Source: Epiperipatus broadwayi
Taxonomy: Eukaryota > Animalia > Onychophora
Assembly (NCBI GenBank): GCA_028023455.1
Contig: JAQFVV010000002.1
Location: 12,462,001 to 12,526,000 of the forward strand
Direction of reading: 5' to 3'
Length of the DNA: 64,000 nucleotides
The notes under the pieces: model-generated
What the model was told of the DNA's origin: nothing
Databases searched by the model: none
The model's input: the letters and a program-made list of their open reading frames with translations, nothing else
Part shown: positions 51,269-61,521 of the stretch, piece by piece
Layout of the letters: each line of letters begins with the position of its first letter
Numbering within the stretch: position 1 is the stretch's first letter
Made by a program: the position numbers and the translations under genes

Positions 51269-52589
51269 CAACAAAATGGTTAGCCATATAAATAATTAAT
51301 AATTTATACTTTAATTTTACTTTCACTTTCAAATAAAAAAAAACAAATAGATAAAATGCACATGAGATAAGAGACGCTAAATTTCCTCCAAACATTTTTA
51401 CTATAATTTCATGCTCCAATTGAAATTTGAATATCAGAAAATGATTACCTTTTTAAATTCAGCCATCCATGACTGCAAGACAATTTTAAATAGTTGTTTT
51501 AAAAGACATACTTTTATTTTTTTTAAATAAAATATAGTTTTAAAGAAAATTACAACTTTTTATTAAAGAAAGACTTAGGATCCAGCCACATGCAGAAACA
51601 AAATAAATAAGCCCCAGAATGAATCCTGGACCCCTGTTTTATATCTGATAATCACTAATACTCCCCCTTTTGTAGGTCAATTGGCTGGGAAACCAATGAA
51701 GTTATTTTTTATTAAACTTTAACATTCTTGACAATTCAGCCGTAAAATCGATTTACTGAAGTCATTGATCTAATTATACCAAATCATGTGACTCAACAGC
51801 TGCAAAGTCAAAAGTTTATTATTAACAATATTATGTAATATTCTTAAATAATATTTTATAAACACAATAACAATAAATATAAAATTTAAAGCAATCCCTC
51901 TTTATTAAACTTTTAAATATTTAATTTTAATAATTTTATTCATTCATTTGTTTGTTTGTTTTTCAAAATCTTATGTTTATGTGTCTTTCTTGCATGCACA
52001 TACATATTCTCACATACGGGTATCCTATAAACATGACCTCACAATCATTGTTTAAAAGTTATTTTTAAAACTACAAAATAAAAATATTGATGAATATTTA
52101 ATCCAAAATAATTTTATAAGTGAAATGCTAATCTAAATTACATCTAATAAATATTATTATACTGTTTTAATAAAAATTTACAAATTATTTTTAAACTTAT
52201 TATTTAATACTATTTATTCCAATTTATTTACAATATCTAATTATTATAATTTAGACATTAAAATGAATTACACACTAGTTACTTTAAAATACATTTAATA
52301 TTATTTATCAACTTACAACTATTTCTGATATTTCTGTTAATTCAAATTATTATCTGGCATCCCTTATCAAACTAACTCACATATACTATTGAAATATTTA
52401 GACATAATCCCATAAATATTTAATAATTATTACAATACTACATAATATTATCCTATTTTACTCATTAACTAAGTTAACTTCCATTTTTTTATCATTATTA
52501 TTTTTTTAAAAATCAGAAAATTTCAAACAAAAGGTTAAGCTAAGATAACCTCGGGCACCTATTGGAACCAAGTGAAACTTCACTTAGGT

Positions 52590-53530
52590 ACAATATATAT
52601 AATAATGCCATCTTAATCCCATAATCTCTATTAAGTTTTTGTTTTATCTTTTTTATTAATATTGCTTCTTTTATTTTTTTAATATTATTTGTATGTAACA
52701 TGATTTTTATTGAATAAATTGGTTTTCCACTATTGGTAGAAAATACAAAATAAGTGTATATATTCAAAAACATACAGGGTACAATGTATTGTTAACAAAA
52801 AAGAAGATCATATTAAACAAAAAGATTTAATAATTGAAGAGTTAAAAAAAAAGTAATTTCTCTATACACACAATTAGGAAAAGAATTGAAAAAATGAGTA
52901 TAAGATAAATAAAATCAAAATGAGTAAAGGAAATAAGAAAAATGGTGACAAATATGTAGGAATAAAAGCAAATAATATTATAGTGAATAAGTTTAATAAA
53001 ATTTATAAATAAGATTAATAAAAAAAGCAAAAGGCTATTCAATATAAAAATAGTTAATTATAATAAAGAACCTTATTAAATTTCTGGATAACAAATACAT
53101 AGGATATAATAAAGAAATAATTACTAGAGTATGTATAATAAAATGCAAATAATGTTTAAATAGTGGAATTAAAAATAAATATTTGGAGAAACTAAAAATT
53201 CTATAGAAACAAGATTAAAACAGTCAAGCATTGGTGGCCCAGTGGTTAACATAGCTGCCTTCCAAGCAGCTGGTCCGGGTTCACTTCTCAGTCAATGCAT
53301 TTGAAACTTGAAAAAAAACTACAAAATTAAAACAATATATGTTGGATAATAATCACCAATATATATATATAAAGGAAATAAAACACAAATTCATGGAAAT
53401 TTTAATAAAAATAATGATTCATTCAGACAGTATTAAAGAAAGAAAAATAAAAGAAGCAATACTAATAAAAATGATCAAACAAAAATTTTATAGAGATTTT
53501 AGGATTAGAATGTCATTGTTATAAATATAT
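52590..53530. pseudogene. Penelope-like GIY-YIG endonuclease remnants, local inverted pair
   Basis: The plus strand gives VCIIKCK*CLNSGIKNKY/FGETKNSIETRLKQ (53126-53222, one frameshift) and then, after a SINE, RKIKEAILIK...YRDF. The minus strand at 52590-52720 gives KKIKEAILIKKIKQKLNRDYG. These match PLE GIY-YIG motifs (YIGET, RxxKEAIxI, LNRDxG). Confidence 0.8.
53223..53320 (+). mobile_element. tRNA-Gly(TCC)-derived SINE copy closest to the parent tRNA
   Basis: 53228-53299 is a 72-nt tRNA-Gly-like sequence with the anticodon arm GCTGC CTTCCAA GCAGC. The T-loop is TTCACTT and the D/T stems are mismatched. It has an A tail and the 14-bp TSD ACAA(G/A)ATTAAAACA, and it interrupts the PLE endonuclease. 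Confidence 0.85.
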
Positions 53531-54373
53531 TTATTTAAAAGTTGTATAAATGAAAATATACAAAGAAAAAATTACTTGCAAATAAATATGGGTTTGTAAA
53601 AATATTTACATATGAATATAAATATAAATGCATTTATAGATGATAAATATTTATACGATAAAAACTTAGTCAGGTATAAAATAGCATAGTATGAAATATA
53701 AATTTATAATGAAGAATTATATAATAATATATATTAGTAGTAATAAAATGATTATAAATGATATGGATTAGTGAGTTAAAGTCTATAAATAAATAAAATA
53801 TATAAGTATGTATAAATAAAAAGAAAGAGTTGTAGTAATTATAGATATAGTTAGTTTAAATAAAATATAGTAGAGGAAGCTAAGGTATGTTTTTTAAATA
53901 AAAAAAAAAACTTTTTTGGAAACTTTGAAGAAATTGAGTTAGGAGTAGGTAAGTTAAAAAAAGACTATAATAATTATGAATTTTAGCTGTAAAATAAAAA
54001 GATAAATATAAAATATTATTAACAGAAAAATGATTAAGAAAATAATAGATATTATATATGATATAAAAATTAAAAACAATATTTTTAATAAATGAATTAA
54101 TGTTGAACAAAGAAATATATAAAAATAAAATAAGTATTTTATTAGTGTTTTTCTGAAGGTTTGATGATGATGATGTTCTAGCTGTATTTTTATATTGGAC
54201 TATTTCCATCATCTAATATGTGTGTTGAATGTCTTTAGAAAATTTAATTTTATTTAAATATTCCAAATGCATTCAACTGTTAGTAATATCACAGCAAACA
54301 ACTGTTAGTAATATCATAGCAAACATGTTAGTATATGTACAATGTTTTGAGAAGTATTTTTCTCCCCTCTTCT

Positions 54374-54472
54374 TCAGGTGTTGCTGGCCTGACCAGTGAC
54401 AGTACTAGCATGGGATTCGAACCTGGGTCCTTAGATTCTTGATTATTGAAATTTAAGGTAACGCTCTAACTT
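54374..54472 (-). mobile_element. Second tRNA-related SINE-like fragment
   Basis: Minus strand AGTTAGAGCG (A-box-like) and GGTTCGAATCC (B box, 54413-54423). It lies inside an insertion in the right arm of the large inverted repeat. Confidence 0.5.
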
Positions 54473-55999
54473 AATTTTAAACTTTGCATGTTTAGTTAAT
54501 ATTCAGTAATTCAATTCTAGTACTATAAATGCATAAACACAAAGCTAATATTTAATATCTTATTAAACCATAGGCTGAGCACTTTTGAAAGTCATGGCTC
54601 TCATAATCATAGCTCTCTTTGTGAAGTAACTGATTGTCTGTTATGCAAATCTATGCAAAGTTCAAGTATTCCATTTCCTACATATAGAACAACACATTTC
54701 CTTTCTGTTAATGGCATTTCTGTCTATTACAGTTTTAATTTATAAGGAATATAAATAATTAAGGATTATTAAAAAATATAATTAAAAAAATAATATTTTA
54801 AAATTAATAGTTGTTCATAAATATATGTATTAAAGCAGGAATACATTTGTGTATTCTATATTGATTGTATATTTTAATTTAATGCTGTATATTTTATTTA
54901 TATTTATCTGGATTATTTGATTTGATTTTAATTTAATTTTACTATATTATTTTAGTTTTACATTATATTTCAACTTACTTTCAGATTCCACTTTATCTTG
55001 ATTGGATTGAACATTCATTCTCCACAGACCAATAAATAACACATAGCAAATGGCAGTAATACGACAATGGGTAATGATGCATACTGCATCCAATTGTTTT
55101 CATTATGGAAAGGAATCTCACTATAAATAGTCAGTCTAATTGGAGGTAAAGAGAGAAAATAACAATTCACTGCCAAATCTGAATGGCTGTATGCATGTTG
55201 CGCAGTATATGGTTGAAACAGTGAGGAAAGTTTATGTTAGAAGTGAAAGCTATTAGAATCTAGATCAGACATAAATCAAGCTGTCAATGTATAGCTGGAA
55301 GCGTTATTGTAACTGCACATGAGACAAGCTGTCACAGGACATCCAGAAGTGTCACTGTATCTACTCATGAAGAAACTGTTATGATACAGCTGAAAATGGT
55401 AAACATAGAAGAGTATCTGTAATCCCTTACAGAAATAGTTGATAGTAATTAAACACTATACCAGCCAACAATAACATGTAAAGGTATAACAGTTATATAT
55501 ATATTTTTTAAATATGCATTTGTATATTTGCTTAAATAGTAAATATTTAAATGTATTTTAAGAGTTTGTGTTTATCATAAATCATGCATTAAACACAACA
55601 GTTTTGTTATATTATATTTTGTCATTTTTTGTGTGTTTTTTTTTAATTTATTGTTTGTTTGTTTTTGTATTATTTATATAGTTATTTATTTTTATTTTTT
55701 TTGTATTATTTATATAGTTATTTATTTTATTCTATGTTATTATATTATAAACCTGAGAAAGACTGAAGCAAAGTCAAAATTTTTGATTGAGACTGTATAT
55801 ACATTAAAATTTTTTTGCTAAAAAGTGTTTGAAATAAGGTGGATAAAATGTATTATTATTGTTGATGATGATAAAAGCAATGATTACAAAGGCATTTCTA
55901 TGCCCATAGCGACTAGAGGGCACATCTAGTTAACTTTATTGAATTTCAGACTCTACAAAATTTCAGTATTTATTGTGGTTTTCATAAATTTTCCCAAAG

Positions 56000-58720
56000 T
56001 GGAAACCTTTTTCTTATAAAAGTTTAACCCCTTACTTTACTATTCACCAAGGGTGGAGAAGTTACTCAATATTGATGAGGCTTACAACAGTTTCAAAGAC
56101 TTATCAATGGAACAAGTTTGAAAATTCCAAATAATGCATCATCTAATTCCCTACAACAAACCACACCATCCAGAGATGATACAGTCAAAGAGAAAATGAC
56201 TCATTTTCAAAAGCACACCCCAAAGGACTCCCAATCCAAATTTCAAGCCAATAAGGACTAAAATAAAGCCTCTAGGGAGATTATTGGAAATCTGGATTTC
56301 CCAAGCTTGGGAAATAGCAATGGTAAATTTTCTTTTAGTTCTCCTCATAATTCTACTATATCAAATAATCCTAACAGTAAATTTGATAAATATGGGAAAT
56401 AATATCTTCCAATTTAAATGCTTCCCCTTCAAAAATCAACCTAATATACTAATTAATAACAAGCATTCTTATGCTAACATTACACAGGTAGGCCTTAGTA
56501 AGCCTAACCTTACAACATGGGAACTTAAAAAAACCACAAAGATATTTTCAACTTAATTGACAAAGAGGTGGAAGAGAACTTTGCTGTCAAGTCCAACCAC
56601 CCCAATCTTCCTAATTTAAATTTGGAGCAAAAGGATCTTGATTTGATAACAAATAAATTTAATAACACCACCCCCCCCTTCCCAATTACAAATATCCTTT
56701 CTTAATTTTTACAGTGAAAACACTGCAATCTTAGCTGTTACCAACCCCATCATATGACATATAAATTCCTGATCAACAAACTTTATAATGAACTTGTTTT
56801 ATTATGGAGGCTGATTCACAAAATTTTGAAACATCCTAATAATAGTTTTGTAATAATAGAATACAACAACCTCAGAAAAATTTCTTCAAGAAAATTTTCA
56901 AATACCTTGATGGAAAAATCATCTGCAACATTAACATGAATTGTCCCACAATCTTATCAGACATAATCAAGAACTGCTACCTTAAATTTAAAAAAAAATG
57001 ATTTGCATCAATTACTTATGCCCTATGATAAAGTCTCAAGTTTTAGGTACCAAATGATAAAGGGGGCAGATCTTCCAGTACATACTAACACTGCCTCCTT
57101 TGAACTCACCTTGAATAAAGAATCAAACCCCACTGACATTCCTACTCTTTATTATGCTGAGACTTACCCTCTTATCATCACTTCCATGGCATTTCTCCAC
57201 AATATTTCTTCTGCCACCAGAGGAGCCACTTGGTGAGGGACTTCCTGGCCAGAATCTGTTACACTTGTAAAAGGATCAAAAACAGAATGCATCACTTAAC
57301 ACTGTTTCAGTGGTGCCCTAGATACATACATTACTAAGTCTGACCTTGTGGCATCTGAATCAGTAAAGAATACTGCCTACTGTCAATCGGCTCCAGTCAA
57401 TGAAGTTATGCCTAACCCTTTATTATCTCCTACTCACTCAATGAGTGCACTTAATGAATCATTTGGCTCAGTGTCTTCCTTTATTAAAGACACCTCAATT
57501 GCCTTAATCTATGAAAAGGAAGGTGAAAAACTGAATAAAGACCCCATATCAACCAAGGGCAAAATTTGCCTTAATAAAGTAAACAGCCACAGCGTTAGCT
57601 ATTTGAACACTGAATCCCCTGTTTCCTAGCAACCATTGGGAAAATGTTGGGCCCATTTATAAGACAAATTACTAAGAAAACAATCATGACATCCAATAAG
57701 AATCCTGGTAAGCTGTTTCAATCCCTTGATCCTAATAATGTTAATAAGTTACAGTTATCAATGGACTCTAAATTAACAAATGAAAAACCATCATTCATTG
57801 ATGGCTTGCTTTTCAGGGCATCAAAAGAGAAGTCCTCTGGACAGCCTATGGATTCTCATGTGGTATGTTCTGGAATATCTTCTATGGATGGCCTACATTT
57901 CAGGTCATCAAGGGGGAAGGCCAGTAGTTGTCCTCCTAGCAGGACCAGTGATTGCTAAGTTTGTAATTACATATTTACTAAAGGCTAGTTTCTTCATCCT
58001 TAAACACTCCCACCACCTGTTTAAAGAAAATAATTTGTAATTGTCTGATTAAATTAACATCACATAAATCTCAAAGTATCAGGAATGAATATCCAGGATC
58101 TCAATTCCATGAATAGAGTAGATGCATTGACTAAATGGTTCAAGCAACACCATATAGTGTGTCTCTGAACCAAGTTGCACTAATTTTTCAAGATCCAAAA
58201 TCCTAAACCTCCTTGGCAATCTTGGCTACTTTTTTCACTATGTCTCCTTCACCTGCAACTGGCATAGCAATCTTAATTTGCAATAGCAATCCATTTGAAT
58301 CCTTCAAAAATCAACTATATAAATCCACATATAATTATCATGACCCTATTCCACAAGGCCTCCATTTTTAACATAATATATAACTCATTCAGCAGATAAT
58401 TCATCAGATCAATATCACCCTTGCCTCTAACCCTTACCCTACTATTTTCCTGGGAACTTTTAACACCTCCTACCAGGAATTTACTGCAAAATATATTCAT
58501 CATCTTAATATGAGATTCATGAGTGCAGATCCCTCACTCCAACCTATTGTCTTCTCAGATCACTTGACCTTATCTCTTAAATTATCTTTAAACCTTAACT
58601 CATGCACTATTCCTAGGCTAAACACAACCACCAGAATCCTTTGCAAGTCTTCATTGCCAGAAGCTATCCTCTCTGAGGCATATATGTATATTGTGCCCTT
58701 TTCTATAGGCCAGTAATAGT
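56000..58720 (+). mobile_element. L1/Tx1-like LINE 5' part: decayed ORF1 region and APE endonuclease
   Basis: From about 58070 the sequence reads MNIQDLNSMNRVDALTKWFKQHHIVCL (cf. NxxGLN...LQET), then GNFN-like (GDFN) and FSDH (58550s). The upstream fragmented Ser/Pro/Lys-rich ORFs are consistent with ORF1. Confidence 0.75.
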
Positions 58721-59189
58721 ACATAACAGTCAATTACTAAAAAATTTTAAATTTGGAATGTGTTCTTTTAATACATTAATTATATTAAGTCAATTATATC
58801 TTTAAAGTACAATTTGATTCTAAAGAGAATATGTAGTATATAAAATCATTTAGAAATGGTTATATAAAGCTTAAAATATTGTTTCATATGGTTGTAAAAG
58901 CTGGCCATATTAAATAACACAGCTATAAATAATTAAAAGTATATTTAAAAATCCGATTTTAATAGTGTAAAACATATTATTTAATAAATGCTATGTTTAA
59001 ATTTATAATCATATTTAATAAGAAAAAATTAATATAGTATATTTTTAAAATAAACTTTGTGATGGTGAAAATTATATCTAATTCTATATTTTCTAAATTG
59101 TTCTTCCAAATTTTTTATAATTATATTATATAATAAGTGTATCAATTTTATTAATCTAGACAGAGAAATAGATAGAAAAACGTCTGTCA

Positions 59190-59590
59190 AAGTTGTAATC
59201 ACGTGATTTTTAATGTATACTATCACACACTGCTTGTTTGAATTAATAACAAAGTTTAAAATATTTTAAAAGTTATATTATAGAATTGGACAGAATTATT
59301 GCCTATCATAAAAGTAAATAATAATAAATATGTAATGTTTAAATAGTTTTAGTAAAATAATAATTTATTTAAAAGTAATATTTTAGTAATGTTTTAGGTT
59401 CATTACGTCATCATTTTATTTTCAAAATATAATTCTACTATAAATTGAAAATCTGTAAATTTGTTTTCAAGCGGGAAAGAATTGACCAATAAAAAATAGG
59501 TATTTTTTTTATAGACGATAAATATCGTTGTACCTAAGTTAGAGGGGGAGAATAAAAAATGTATTGAAACCGGAGAGAGGTAAAATTATA
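59190..59590 (+). promoter_or_regulatory. Candidate promoter in a CpG-retaining region
   Basis: E-box palindrome AATCACGTGATT (59197-59208), CRE-like TTACGTCA (59403-59410), E2F-type GCGGGAAA (59471-59478), CCAAT (59486-59490) and a possible donor GAG|GTAAAA at 59580. CpGs are visibly more frequent than in the flanks. The strand is inferred. Confidence 0.5.
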
Positions 59591-60645
59591 ACTATCAAAA
59601 GATAGTATTTTTAAAATCTTTTATTTTAGTCAATTTTTTTTTTAGTACTTTCTTATAACTTTATCTGCAAAAAACTAATTGATAATCTTAAAGAATATTT
59701 TTTGCAAGAAAAAGTATAAACTAAAAATATTTAATAATTTCGTTTTAATATGAATTTCTAATTTTTAAAGTACTTACCAGTCAGATTTTATCTAAAGTTT
59801 AACCTAAACCACGCAGTAAAAAAAATGGATATACTACAAAATAAAATGGATAGAAATTGTAATGCTGAAAAAATATTTGAAATATTTATTGATACAGCTT
59901 TGTTAATATTTAACCGAAGAACTGTTTTGATACATAAAAACTACAGCTCGGACATTACATTATACGGAGTCTAATGAAAAAATTGGAGAAGCATTATTAT
60001 GCATAGGTTTATTCAAGATTTATTTTTTAAATGGTAACACGATAATTATATATTGGATGAATTATTTCATAATATGATATTCAACGGAGTAAAATGTTAT
60101 ATCCTTTCTAAAGGTAACATTTTTTAAAAAAAATATTTTCGAGTGCAGAACTAAGTAAAGAACCCAGGAAAATATGTTACAGAAGTGTTTTGTATTAAAA
60201 TATCCGTTCTTCGAATTATTAAAAATGTACTTGAAAAAAAAATTTTGTTCAAAAGTATTTTAAGTTTTTATTTTAAAAGAGATGTATAAAAATACCAAGT
60301 GGAAGTTTTAATGTATCAGGAAAGAAACAGAGATAAAAGTGAACACATAGATGAATGAAAAAATGGATCCATGGAAATACCCATAGTACTTAAAAGTTTA
60401 TCGAATATTTTTTAAAAGTTAAATTAAATGGATTGATGCATCGGGATACGCAGAGATTATTGGTAGAGAAGATTAAGAAGCTTCAAGGGATTAATTAATA
60501 TTATCGTCCTAAAAATGAAAACAAGGATTATTTTCTGAAATGTTACTAAATGGGTTAATAATTATTTTTATTTAACTTTAACGCGCTTGGAGAACATTTT
60601 TTAAAAACTCTAGAGAAAATAATAAGCATTTTGGACTTATCAGAA

Positions 60646-61521
60646 CTAGCGTCAAGAAAATATGTAACTATAGTTTTGATTCTTTTTATTTTGTTGACCT
60701 AATTTAAATCTAAAATTTTATATAAGATTAGGAAAAACATAAAAACATTAATTTGTTAATATTAAAATCTTATAATATAACAATTTAATAATTTAGCTAA
60801 AAAATATTTTAATATAAAGTGTATGAGTGTGAATTTTATATCTGCAATGCTCAAGTGGACAAAGGAAGCCTACTGAACACGATGAATAGATAAAGGTTAT
60901 TGGTAATAATAATAACTATTAATAATTTTATAATGTATATTTTGTTTTCTTTAGATCATCCACAAATTGGAAGAATGAAGTGTAAAAGTTTTTTTTTTAA
61001 TTATATGTAACACATTTTATACAACATTTTTTAAAAAACATTATGAGATAGGATTGATTTGAAAATATGCATACGACAATTTTCTAGCGTCAAGAAAATA
61101 TGTAACTATAGTTTTGATTCTTTTTATTTTGTTGACCTAATTTAAATCTAAAATTTTATATAAGATTAGGAAAAACATAAAAACATTAATTTGTTAATAT
61201 TAAAATCTTATAATATAACAATTTAATAATTTAGCTAAAAAATATTTTAATATAAAGTGTATGAGTGTGAATTTTATATCTGCAATGCTCAAGTGGACAA
61301 AGGAAGCCTACTGAACACGATGAATAGATAAAGGTTATTGGTAATAATAATAACTATTAATAATTTTATAATGTATATTTTGTTTTCTTTAGATCATCCA
61401 CAAATTGGAAGAATGAAGTGTAAAAGTTTTTTTTTTAATTATATGTAACACATTTTATACAACATTTTTTAAAAAACATTATGAGATAGGATTGATTTGA
61501 AAATATGCATACGACAATTTT
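60646..61521 (+). repeat. Tandem duplication, 2 x 438 bp, no differences seen
   Basis: Unit CTAGCGTCAAGAAAATATG...ATGCATACGACAATTTT at 60646-61083 and 61084-61521. The 438 offset is constant at every checkpoint examined. Confidence 0.95.

Larger units (their letters stand above)
47581..55852. mobile_element. About 8.3-kb nested Penelope-like structure bounded by a long interrupted inverted repeat
   Basis: The left arm (47581-48462) is colinear in reverse with 53555-54145, 54727-54960 and 55615-55852; the right arm carries two insertions. HHR-like remnants lie at 47652-47690 (-) and 55753-55790 (+). The termini resemble those of 46078-46451. Confidence 0.75.

Noticed and set aside
49100-52600. 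Possible mitochondrial insertion (NUMT), including a tRNA-Met-like stretch at about 52529-52590 and tRNA-like bits near 49420 and 50330
   Set aside because: No recognisable cox, cob, nad or rRNA motif in any frame I tried. Ordered PLE RT motifs and adjacent GIY-YIG remnants explain the region better. A BLASTN against mitogenomes would settle it.
53228-53299. Functional tRNA-Gly(TCC) gene
   Set aside because: D and T stems are mismatched and the T-loop is TTCACTT as in the SINE copies. It has an A-rich tail and a 14-bp TSD, and it interrupts a transposon ORF.
55909-55923. Second CTCF-like motif GCGACTAGAGGGCAC
   Set aside because: An isolated imperfect match at the edge of a LINE, with no supporting context.
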